A DNA stretch of 64,000 nt from Candidatus Marinacidobacterales bacterium (GTDB taxonomy: Bacteria; Acidobacteriota; Vicinamibacteria; Marinacidobacterales; DATDRI01): the NCBI GenBank assembly GCA_965219415.1, contig CBDCNP010000002.1:1760001-1824000 (forward strand), read 5' to 3'. The position numbers and the translations under genes are program-made. This document shows, piece after piece, positions 31,732 through 40,882 of the stretch (position 1 is its first letter; every line of letters begins with the position of its first letter). The notes under the pieces are model-generated. The model saw nothing but the letters and a program-made list of their open reading frames with translations, searched no databases and was not told the origin of the DNA.

Positions 31732-33116
31732 GGGTCTACGCGGATTCGTGTGGGTTGAAAACTGCATTTCTGGGTAATGGCGGAAGGAAAGCCGCCACGA
31801 TCTTCAGCTTGAGATATTCCTCGTCGCGATAGCCGTAGGCGCGTCGTTGCAGAACACGGATTTTGTTGTTGACCCCTTCAACTAGGCCGAGACTGACTTT
31901 GTTCTCCGGATGACAGTAGGAGGCGATACCATCCCAATGGGACTCAATCATACCGGCGAACTTCTGGTACGGATGCAGGCGTTGCCATTTGAGGCTGTCT
32001 TTCCAACGGGTGAAAAAGGCGCGAGCGCCGCGTTCGGTGCGGTAATCCCAGAGTTGCCCGAAGGCCTCCTTCAAAATATAGGCGGTGTTCAGGCGCCGGT
32101 TGGCCTGGAGCAACTTTTTGAGTGCGCGGCGACCGTCTAGGCTCAGGTTCTCCCGCCGGGAAAGCAAAGTGTAACGCTGCCCCTTGATGTACGACCGGTC
32201 CTTGCCGCTGAGGCGTTTGTACTCACCGCGCCGGACCTCATCGAGGGCCTTTGACAGATGACGCATGATATGAAACTTGTCGAAGATGATCCGCGCATTA
32301 GGCGCGTTGTGAATCACCGAGTTCCGGAAGGGCTTCCACATATCCATGGCGGCCAGCTTGATACGGGCGCTTTTCTTTCCGCCCAGCGCCTTGAAGAACA
32401 AATCGATGTCGGTTTCTTTGCGACCCTCACCGCCCACCCAGATGGGACGCGCCCGCTCCAGGTCGCTGACAATGACGCGATAGTTATGTCCCTTGCGGAT
32501 GGAGATCTCATCGACACCGATGGCCCGAGGCGCCGGTAGCCCCGCCCGGTCGACCTGCTCTTGCATGTAGAGCGTATCCAGAGCCTTCACCGTACCGTGG
32601 TGCAGACGTTCCATCTCGGCCACCGCCTTGTTCGGCATATCCCGGCACAGCTTGCCCACATGCGTCGCAAAACGCTGGGTGTAGCGCGAGTTGTTCGCCA
32701 GCCAGTCTAGGTTGTTCTACATGCACACCGCCGCACCCAGAACAGTTGACGCGCCGACGCTCGTATTCCAGATAGATCCGCCAGCCTGCCAACGACAGGT
32801 CGCGGACCCGGCACACTTGCTTGTCATAGCGCCCCCGGCACCGTTGCCCACAGTAAGAGCACACAGCTGTTTTTTTCGCCTCTTGAGCTGGATGACGCGG
32901 GCGTATCGGTCACCGAATAGACCCTTCAATCCGGCACCAACCACGAAACCTGGCAGCGCAAACAGCGAGCGGATCGACTGGGAATTTTTCACTCGGTTAG
33001 CCTATCCTAAAAATGGACCACTTTTCAGCACCTGATGAAGTACTCGATACCTTTTCCACACAATGAGTTACACTGTTTTTCCGTCAGAACTTACCCACAC
33101 GAATCCGCGTAAACCC
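31732..33116 (-). mobile_element. ISL3-family insertion sequence
   Basis: 24-bp IRs GGGTCTACGCGGATTCGTGTGGGT / ACCCACACGAATCCGCGTAAACCC; flanks TCTTTTGT and GCTTTTGT (7/8 TSD). Confidence 0.93.
31736..32992 (-). CDS. ISL3 transposase in three reading frames (A7 tract near 32870, extra base near 32711)
   Basis: CSYC/CSGC Zn finger, IGVDE, MDMWKPF, FDKFHI, EGVNNKI..LQRRAYGYRD. Confidence 0.9.
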
Positions 33117-33967
33117 GCTTTTGTTGCTTCCCTTTGTACTGTCGAGTGTCGTCGCCGCCCAGGAGCCACCGGAGCCTTCCTCTGAGACTCAGGAGGCTTC
33201 TTCCGTCCAGATGGCGCAGGTGACCCCACATAACTGTCCGATCAAAAACTGGGTGGGCCGCGAGGCGGAGCTCGAAGAGCTCCTCAGAACGGCCGAGGTG
33301 GTTTCCGTCGAAGATATCGGCGTGGGTGTCACCAAGCCAAGTTCCGCCATACTCAAGAAAGGCGACACGGAGTTCAAGGCAGCCTTTAAACCCATCAAGC
33401 GAGGCCGAGCCGGCGGTTTCTGGAAGAGTTACGAGGCCGAGGTGGCCGCGTACGAGCTAGACAATATGTTGGGGCTCAACATGGTCCCACCGACCGTCAT
33501 CCGAAAGATCAACAAGAAGAACGGCTCCCTTCAACTCTGGGTCGAAGACTGCAAGCTCTATGGAGACGTGATGAATGTCGTTCCCGCAACGCCGGACTGG
33601 AGCCACCAGCTCTCTCGGATGAAGATTTTCGACAACCTGATACTGAACGAGGACCGCAATGCCCGCAACTTCCTGGTCGACCCGGGGTTCGACATCATTC
33701 TCGTCGATCATTCCCGCGCCTTTCTGAGCAAGAAGAAAATCGGCAAGGATAACAAACTGCCCACCCAATATGATCGACAGCTGATGGAGAGGGCGCAGGC
33801 CCTGGACAAGGAACAGCTGGAAGCTCGGCTCAAAGACATTTTGATGGGCGGGCAGATCAAGGCCATCATCGGGCGACGAGACAAATTGGTCGAGCACATG
33901 GAGAAAATGATCGCCGAGCGGGGCGAGCACAACGTCATGTTCGGGGGGGATACCCCCTAGCCGGATG

Positions 33968-35524
33968 CTATCGAGTCTTCTCGGACAGTGATTTCGCCTG
34001 CGTGAAGAGCAATAGGTAATCTCGGCCGCCGGCCTTGGAATCGGTGCCCGACATGTTGAATCCTCCAAAGGGATGAGCACCAACCATGGCCCCTGTGCAT
34101 TTCCGATTGAAATAGAGGTTACCTACGTGGAACTGCTTCTTGGCTAGGTCGATCTTGTCTCGGCTCCCGGTATAAACCGAACCGGTGAGCCCGTACTCGG
34201 TGTCGTTGACCAGCTTGAGGGCCGCGTCGAAGTCCTTGGCCTTGTGAGCAGCGAGCACCGGCCCGAAAATCTCCTCCTGAGCGATGGTCCCTTTGGGATC
34301 CACGTCGGCGATGATCGTTGGGCGAATGAAGTATCCTTCGGCGTCCGGTATCCCACCGCCGCCGGTCAGCAGGCGTCCGCCTTCCGAGATGCCTTTTTCA
34401 ATGTACTGCAGCATGGACTTCATGGCCGATTGGTTGATGACCGGTCCGACCGTATAACGGGGGTCGTCGGTGGGACCGATCTGGAGTTTTTCCGTTCGTT
34501 CTGTCAGTTTCTCGAGGAACGTATCGTAGAGTTTTTCGTCGATAACAACGCGAGAACAGGCGGAGCACTTCTGCCCCTGATAGCCGAAGGCAGAGGACGC
34601 CACGCCCGCAACAGCCGCGTCGACGTCGGCATCCCGATCCACAATGATGGCATCCTTGCCACCCATCTCGACAATGACGCGCCGGATCCAGATCTGACCG
34701 GGGGCGACCCGGGCCGCCTTCTCGTTGATCCCGAGCCCGACCTCCTTGGAGCCGGTGAAGGCAATCATTCGGGTCTTTGGATGAGTGACCAGGGTATCGC
34801 CCACTGCGGCCCCGGACCCGGTGACGAAGTTCAAGACTCCCTCAGGCAAACCCACCTCTTCCATAATTTCAAAGAATTTACGACCGATGGCTGGCGAGTC
34901 CGAAGACGGCTTCAAGACGACAGTGTTCCCGGCTACGATAGCGGCGCTGGTCATTCCCGCAAGGATGGCTAGCGGAAAGTTCCATGGCGGAATGACAACC
35001 ACAACACCGAGTGGAATGTAGTAAAGCTCGCTGACCTCGGACGGGATCTCCACCAAAGGCTGCGGTTGAGCAAGGCGTAGATTCTCCCGCGCGTAAAATT
35101 CGAGGAAGTCGATGGCCTCCGCGGTGTCGGCATCGGCTTCGACCCAACTCTTTCCAACTTCCATCACCATCCATGCCGACAGCTCATGTCTACGTTGCCG
35201 CATCGCGTTGGCAGCATCGAACAGATACCGGGAACGCTCGGTCGCCCGTGTGTACTGCCAAGTCAGAAACTTCTCGTGAGCAACATCGACTGCGTTCGAT
35301 GCGATCTCTAGAGAGGCACGCTGAAAGATCCCGACCACCTCGTTAGGACGGGCCGGGTTGGTGGAACGCAGTTTTTCATCGGTCAACAGCCGCTTTCCAC
35401 CGACAACGAGGTCGTACTCGGCACCCATTCCGTGCTTGACGTAGGCCAAGGCTTCGAGCATGACCTTGTGGTTCTCATCACGACCAAAATCGGTCAAAGG
35501 CTCGTTAACGAAAGGTTGGATCAT
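33968..35524 (-). CDS. pruA: 1-pyrroline-5-carboxylate (glutamate-5-semialdehyde) dehydrogenase
   Basis: FVNEP, EAIDFLEFY, PPWNFP, FTGS, EMGGK, GQKCSACSR, EEIFGP, NRKCTGA, GTDSKAGG.DYL. Confidence 0.94.
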   Translation of the reverse strand: MIQPFVNEPLTDFGRDENHKVMLEALAYVKHGMGAEYDLVVGGKRLLTDEKLRSTNPARPNEVVGIFQRASLEIASNAVDVAHEKFLTWQYTRATERSRYLFDAANAMRQRRHELSAWMVMEVGKSWVEADADTAEAIDFLEFYARENLRLAQPQPLVEIPSEVSELYYIPLGVVVVIPPWNFPLAILAGMTSAAIVAGNTVVLKPSSDSPAIGRKFFEIMEEVGLPEGVLNFVTGSGAAVGDTLVTHPKTRMIAFTGSKEVGLGINEKAARVAPGQIWIRRVIVEMGGKDAIIVDRDADVDAAVAGVASSAFGYQGQKCSACSRVVIDEKLYDTFLEKLTERTEKLQIGPTDDPRYTVGPVINQSAMKSMLQYIEKGISEGGRLLTGGGGIPDAEGYFIRPTIIADVDPKGTIAQEEIFGPVLAAHKAKDFDAALKLVNDTEYGLTGSVYTGSRDKIDLAKKQFHVGNLYFNRKCTGAMVGAHPFGGFNMSGTDSKAGGRDYLLLFTQAKSLSEKTR

Positions 35525-35604
35525 CAGAGCTTACCTTATCCTTTTAGCAGGTTACGTCGGAGCAAGAAACTATCACAGGTTTCAGATCGGTTCTAGGACG
35601 TCGA

Positions 35605-35727
35605 GTCTCCCTGGGGGGCGTAACCAGAGGGCGGCGGCTGAAGGTGCTAACGCCGCGACCTCACCGAGAAGCCCGGCCTACCCGAGCCTGCCGATGGGGC
35701 GTTGAGAGGTGCCGACACCGAGAGAAC
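35605..35727. ncRNA. Candidate structured RNA between HU and pruA (class unassigned)
   Basis: Non-coding; partly complementary ends; internal GCGGCG/CGCCGC stem; some 6S-like words but short. Confidence 0.25.
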
Positions 35728-35802
35728 GGCTGGCCGGAGGGCTCTACCGTTGGGAAGAGTCCTCCGGGCGGTTCAGCACTCGAAAAAGAAACGTTCCCGG
35801 GA

Positions 35803-36102
35803 CTACTTCTTCGGTGGAACGACCGCGTCCTTGCACGCCTTGGCCACGCGGAACTTCACCACCGTCTTCGCCGCGATCTGAATCTCTTCGCCGGTCTGAG
35901 GGTTCCGCCCCTTCCTGGCCTTACGGTGAGCCTTGACCAACTTGCCGATCCCAGGGATGACGAACTGCCCGGACCGCTTGGTCTCCCTGACCGCCAGATC
36001 CGCTAGGTCCTCAAGAAACCCGGCCGCCTCCTTCTTGCTGAGGTTGGCCTTTTCCGACATGTAGCTGACGGTCTGAGTCTTGGTCATTGCCTTGTTCGCC
36101 AT
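35803..36102 (-). CDS. HU family DNA-binding protein
   Basis: MTKTQ, IPGIGKL, RKARKGRNPQTGEEIQI, VKFRVAK. Confidence 0.96.
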   Translation of the reverse strand: MANKAMTKTQTVSYMSEKANLSKKEAAGFLEDLADLAVRETKRSGQFVIPGIGKLVKAHRKARKGRNPQTGEEIQIAAKTVVKFRVAKACKDAVVPPKK

Positions 36103-36435
36103 TCCACTATCTCCTTCGAAAAGACCTACACTACAACCAACACACTCCAGGGCGCCGCAGCCGACTCTACCCTGCTCGTCCTCTGCACCCAAATTGTATC
36201 GGTGGACCGAGTCTAATCCGCATATTTTAATGGCGAGCGGACGATCCTGCAAGAGAAGAAATGAAAAAAAGCCGCTCCAGACGCCCCCGCGAGCCACCTC
36301 CCTGCCTCGGTCCGAACCCGCGGTCGGACCTCACCGCCGGCCGACCCGCTTCGAGAAGCCCGTAAACTCCCACCTGTGCGGAGGATGGAAACGTCGTCCT
36401 CCTTGCGTTGGGAGGGGCACGGTTATAATGCGTCT

Positions 36436-37269
36436 GTGATCTCTGTGACCGATGCAAGGGGCCGAGCCATAAGCCTGTCCCGTCCTCCCCAGCGGATCAT
36501 CACCCTAGTGCCCTCGACGACCGAGTCGGTCCACGCGCTCGGTGCCGGTGAGCGCTTGGTCGGGGTGACCCGCTATTGCGTCCTCCCACCAGAGGCTCGA
36601 GAGAACGCCTCCGTGGTCGGCGGCACGAAGGGCCCTCGTATCGACGCCATCCGCGATCTGAAACCGGACCTGATCCTGGGAAACAAGGAAGAAAACCGAG
36701 AACAGGATGTAAGAACGCTGGAACCGGTGGCGCCTGTGTACGTAGCCTTCCCGGGAGATCTCACTACCGCACTCGAGGAACTACGAAAACTCGGCACGCT
36801 CCTCCAGTGCGACGACCACGCACGTAATCTGGTCGACAACCTCGATCGCGCCCGAACGAGCCTAGCCCAAGAGTCTCGCGGCCGAGCGCCATTTCGCTTC
36901 CTGTATCTCATTTGGCAAAAGCCCTACATGGCCGCCGGCACCGCGACGTTCATCGACGCGTTTATTCGGGAGGCCGGAGGTATAAACGTCATCAAGCCAG
37001 AGGCGGGGCGCTACCCACAGCTCACGGCGCCCGAGATCGAGAAACTACATCCCGACGTCGTGCTCTTCAGCTCGGAACCCTTCCCCTTCGAAGCCAAACA
37101 CATGACGGAGTTATTGAGTGCGACGAGCGATCCATTGCGGCTGAAGGGAAGAACTCTCCTCGTCGACGGGCGGCTCCTGTCATGGCACGGTGCGCGGCTG
37201 CGCGACGGTATTCCCTACCTCTCAGATCTGGCTCGCAAGATCGTGACGTTGGGCGGCAATTCAGGATGA
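36436..37269 (+). CDS. Helical-backbone metal receptor (BtuF-like), no evident signal peptide; start uncertain
   Basis: PPQRIITLVPSTTE, VGVTRYC, VGGTK, NKEEN, SSEPFPF, VDG. Confidence 0.87.
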   Translation: MISVTDARGRAISLSRPPQRIITLVPSTTESVHALGAGERLVGVTRYCVLPPEARENASVVGGTKGPRIDAIRDLKPDLILGNKEENREQDVRTLEPVAPVYVAFPGDLTTALEELRKLGTLLQCDDHARNLVDNLDRARTSLAQESRGRAPFRFLYLIWQKPYMAAGTATFIDAFIREAGGINVIKPEAGRYPQLTAPEIEKLHPDVVLFSSEPFPFEAKHMTELLSATSDPLRLKGRTLLVDGRLLSWHGARLRDGIPYLSDLARKIVTLGGNSG

Positions 37270-37334
37270 AGCTACAAAGCTTGATCGGTTCGCCGTTTAA
37301 GTCTAGTGTTCGTACCACGAGGTATGACCAAGGT

Positions 37335-37727
37335 ATGAAGGGAAAACTGAAACCGGGACTTGAACAAGAGCTCGAACGGGTGGTGACACGAGAGATCAGT
37401 GTGACCGGCCTCAATGACGTCCCACCCGTTCTAGCCACCGCGGAGATGATCCGCTTGATGGAGATGGCCGCCCATCACCTACTCCAGCCATTCTACGAAG
37501 AAGGGGAGTCATCCGTCGGCACAAAGGTCGACGTAAGCCACACCGCCGCCACGCCGCTCGGGATGAGAGTCTGGGCCCGGGCGCGTCTAACCGAAGTCGA
37601 TGGGAAACGCTGCGTCTTCGATGTCACCGCGTTCGACGAGAAAGAAGAAGTCGGTCGCGGAAGTCACGAGCGATTCGTTATCGAGGTGGCGCGATTTCGC
37701 AGCCGGATGGAAAAAAAGATTCAGTGA
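37335..37727 (+). CDS. FlK-like hotdog thioesterase
   Basis: VLAT..MI.LME.AA, SVGT.VDVSH.AATPLG, G.HERF. Confidence 0.9.
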   Translation: MKGKLKPGLEQELERVVTREISVTGLNDVPPVLATAEMIRLMEMAAHHLLQPFYEEGESSVGTKVDVSHTAATPLGMRVWARARLTEVDGKRCVFDVTAFDEKEEVGRGSHERFVIEVARFRSRMEKKIQ

Positions 37728-40700
37728 GCTCCTCGGATCGCGAGGAGCTTCCACATTTCTACCATCTTCCCGCCTACTATCACGCTCTCCACCCGCCGAA
37801 GATTACGTATCTCTTCCACCGGATCGGCCTCCAGAATGACCAGATCCGCCAGCTTGCCGCGACGGATCGAACCCACGTCGTCCGATGCACCGAGGGCACG
37901 AGCCGCTTCGAACGTGCCGGCCCGAATTGCCCGCAGCGGCCCCAAGCCGGCCTCGGACATTTGCTCGATCTCGAGGATCAGGCCATAGCCGTACGGAACG
38001 ATGGGGGCATCGGTGCCGGCGACGAGTCGACCGCCGGCCTTATCGATGGCGTTCACCGTAGCGAAGATCGGCTCCATGACTTTCTCACGTTCGCTTACGC
38101 TACCTACCGCACCAGGCGCGGCGGCGAGTACCCACGAGGGAAGGAGATCGGCCAGACGAGGATCGTCGAGCAGCTTAGGCTCGCGGGCCAGCGCCAATCG
38201 GAAGCCCCCTTGGAGGAGGATGGTCGGCGTTAGGAAGACGCCGGACCGTGAAACGAGCTCGACAACGTCCCGGTAGCTCCTTCTTAGATCGGTTATTTTG
38301 GGAGAAAAGCCACGACGGCTGGTGCCTTGCACGTGCTCGATGCCGTCTACGCCATAGGCAACAGCCGGATAGATCTCGTGAGAGCTGACGAACACTCCCT
38401 TACGGTGGGCTTCCTCGACCACTCTCTTCTGCAGCGTGTCCGAGAGACGGACGTAGGTCTTGATGAGATCGTAGTCGAGAGCGAAGGCCCGCACGAGCTC
38501 GCGAAGAAGCTCACCCTCGTTCTCGAGCGCCACGTACTCTGGGTAGAAGATACGCTCTCCGTCCATGGCAAAACCGGTGCCGAAAATACGAGGACCGAGA
38601 CGCCGCCCGGACTCGATGCTCTCGCGCTCCTCCATGGTCCGATAGATGGCGCCGCCGGTAGTCCTGATCGAGGTAACTCCGAACGACAACCAGAGTCGCC
38701 CTTGCCGGCTACCATAATCGGGCAGGCTTGGGTGAGTGTGCATGTCGATGAGGCCGGGAATAACCGTCTTGCCGGTCGCATCGATCACGCGAACGTCCTC
38801 GACCGTGGCGATCCCGGCGGGTTGAACCGATTCGATCCGGTCACCGTCGATCAAGATGTCCATGTCTTCGCGAGGCGGAGCCCCGGTACCGTCGATGAGA
38901 CGAGCGTTTCGGATCACCATCCTCCCGCGGGCCAAGGGAACGCGGTAGCTCAACTCGGGCGTGATCTCAGTAGCCTCGCGGCTTTCGATATCGACTCGCA
39001 TTAGCTTTTCGGACGCGAGGAGAATGAGGCTTTGCGAGTCGGGCGACCAAGCCGGGAAATGGATCGGCTCATCGAAGACGGTGACCGGCGGACCAGTTGC
39101 CTCCCCTTCCGGGGTTACAGGAAGGATCGCAAGCCCACCATCCATGGCGAACGCGAGCCTCTGCCCGTCCGGACTCCAGACCGGGCCGTCTCCCTCGCGC
39201 GAGCCGAAGCTCCTTCCGGAGAAGTCATCCGATAGCTCAACCACTCGCTCCGCTCCGGAGTCCAGAGAGATCACAATGACGCGGTTGACCCCCTCTCGAA
39301 ACCGTGTGGAGTAGGGTTCCAGTGTCGCGAGGGCAAGATGTTCGCTATCGCTCGACCAGCTCGGCGCACCTGCCCAACGACGGCTTCTCCGAATGAGCCG
39401 CGCCGCGCCACCGTTGGAAGGAATGACGTACAGATCGTCCCGCTCGTCGGCGTAAGCGATCCAACGGCCATCGGGAGACCACACCGGGACAACCTCCGCC
39501 CCGGAAAGCTCGGTCAGCCTCACCGCGTTGCTGCCCGGCGAGGAGTCGGCTTTTCTCTTCCAGAGATCCATCGAGCCTGCCCGATCGGAGGAAAAAACGA
39601 TCTCCTTACCATCGGGAGACCAACTCGGATCCGAGTCCAGGAACTCGTCGCGGGTAAAGGGAACCGAGCCCTTGCCCTCTGCGGAGGCGATCCAAATATC
39701 TCCGAGCGCGGTGAAGGCTAGCTTCTCGCCATCGGGAGAAAGCACCGGCCCCACGATGCCGCGGACCGGCAGCCGTTGCCCCGCTGTTGGAATTCCGGCG
39801 GCGCGGCGAGAGTAGGCGGGGCGGTCCAGAAACACTGTGGCGGAAAAGGGGATCCGTTGTGTCTCTGCTCCCGAGCCAGGCAAGCGGCGAATCTCGCCAT
39901 CCGAGGTGTAGATGATGTCCCCGTTCGGCTCCCACACCGGTCGAAAAGGAAACACGTCTTCCCCGTTGGTCTTCGTGACCGGCTCCCCACCCTTCGCCGG
40001 AATCGTGACGAGATCGCTTTCAATGCCCTCCGAGAATCGCCAGCTCGAAAGTGCATACGTCCTTTCGCCGAGGAGACGAAGCGCGATCGTCCGACCATCC
40101 GGACTCCAGGCCGGGCTTGCGGCCTTACCTTCGAATGATGCGAGCCGATTGGTTTCTCCGCGTCTGATATCGATGCTCCACAGTTCAGTGGCGCGGCCCT
40201 CACCACGCTCGGAGATAAAGGCAATCGCGTTTCCATCCGGCGACCAATCGGGCATGTAGTCGTTTGCGGGATCGTCGGTGAGTTGCGTGACATCCCCACC
40301 CGCCACATCGAGCATCCAAAGGTCGTAGTTCCCGGAACGGTCCGAAGAAAAGGCGATGCGCGTCCCGTCCGGAGACCAGACCGGCTCCCGGTCGTCGAAG
40401 CGACCTGCGGTCAAGGCGGTGAGTCCACTGCCGTCCTTACCCATCGCCCAGATATCCCAGCTGCCGGCACGATAGGACTGGAACGTGAGACGCGCACCGT
40501 CCGGGGAGTAGTCGGGCAATCGATCGTCGCCCAATCCGTCGGTGAGCCGCTGCGCCTCGCCGCCCTCGATAGGAAGCGACCAGAGTGTGCCGTGCAGATC
40601 CATGACCAAGTGGGAGCCGTCGGGAGCAAGGGCTACCGAAAAGTTGGTGCCCTGGTCGAGACTTACCTCGAGGAGTGGGGACGTGCCCTGCATCCCCCTG

Positions 40701-40762
40701 ACCCCGGTGCCCAAGATGACCACCAGGAGCATCCCGAGGCTCACTACCAACCGTAGACTCAT
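37721..40762 (-). CDS. Secreted TolB-like (PD40 beta-propeller) amidohydrolase fusion
   Basis: Signal peptide; many WSPDG repeats; PGLIDMHTH, IKTY, IEH, AGTDAP, GKLADLV. Confidence 0.9.
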   Translation of the reverse strand: MSLRLVVSLGMLLVVILGTGVRGMQGTSPLLEVSLDQGTNFSVALAPDGSHLVMDLHGTLWSLPIEGGEAQRLTDGLGDDRLPDYSPDGARLTFQSYRAGSWDIWAMGKDGSGLTALTAGRFDDREPVWSPDGTRIAFSSDRSGNYDLWMLDVAGGDVTQLTDDPANDYMPDWSPDGNAIAFISERGEGRATELWSIDIRRGETNRLASFEGKAASPAWSPDGRTIALRLLGERTYALSSWRFSEGIESDLVTIPAKGGEPVTKTNGEDVFPFRPVWEPNGDIIYTSDGEIRRLPGSGAETQRIPFSATVFLDRPAYSRRAAGIPTAGQRLPVRGIVGPVLSPDGEKLAFTALGDIWIASAEGKGSVPFTRDEFLDSDPSWSPDGKEIVFSSDRAGSMDLWKRKADSSPGSNAVRLTELSGAEVVPVWSPDGRWIAYADERDDLYVIPSNGGAARLIRRSRRWAGAPSWSSDSEHLALATLEPYSTRFREGVNRVIVISLDSGAERVVELSDDFSGRSFGSREGDGPVWSPDGQRLAFAMDGGLAILPVTPEGEATGPPVTVFDEPIHFPAWSPDSQSLILLASEKLMRVDIESREATEITPELSYRVPLARGRMVIRNARLIDGTGAPPREDMDILIDGDRIESVQPAGIATVEDVRVIDATGKTVIPGLIDMHTHPSLPDYGSRQGRLWLSFGVTSIRTTGGAIYRTMEERESIESGRRLGPRIFGTGFAMDGERIFYPEYVALENEGELLRELVRAFALDYDLIKTYVRLSDTLQKRVVEEAHRKGVFVSSHEIYPAVAYGVDGIEHVQGTSRRGFSPKITDLRRSYRDVVELVSRSGVFLTPTILLQGGFRLALAREPKLLDDPRLADLLPSWVLAAAPGAVGSVSEREKVMEPIFATVNAIDKAGGRLVAGTDAPIVPYGYGLILEIEQMSEAGLGPLRAIRAGTFEAARALGASDDVGSIRRGKLADLVILEADPVEEIRNLRRVESVIVGGKMVEMWKLLAIRGAH

Positions 40763-40882
40763 TCCAGCTGTCTCCCCTCCGTTTGACTGAACGCCCACGC
40801 TACATCAGCCCCGGACACGCTACAACCCGGTCGTGTTAGGCCTTGGGTTCTCGTTGGATTGGAGTTCTAGGACTCGAGCGGA

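Larger units (their letters stand above)
31710..33960 (+). pseudogene. Secreted atypical kinase (PI3/PI4K/Fam20-like fold) interrupted in its signal peptide by ISL3; body at 33121-33960
   Basis: AGGAGG + ATG 31710 (MSRLYLL) joins in frame to LLPFVLSSVVAAQE after IS removal; GVT, AAFKP, EVAAYELD..LGL..VPPTV, GSLQLW, D.LILNEDRNARN, LVDHSRAF. Confidence 0.8.

Noticed and set aside
37335-37727. Fluorine-metabolism link between the FlK-like thioesterase and the crcB-like repeat
   Set aside because: 30 kb apart; FlK-like proteins are widespread without fluorometabolism
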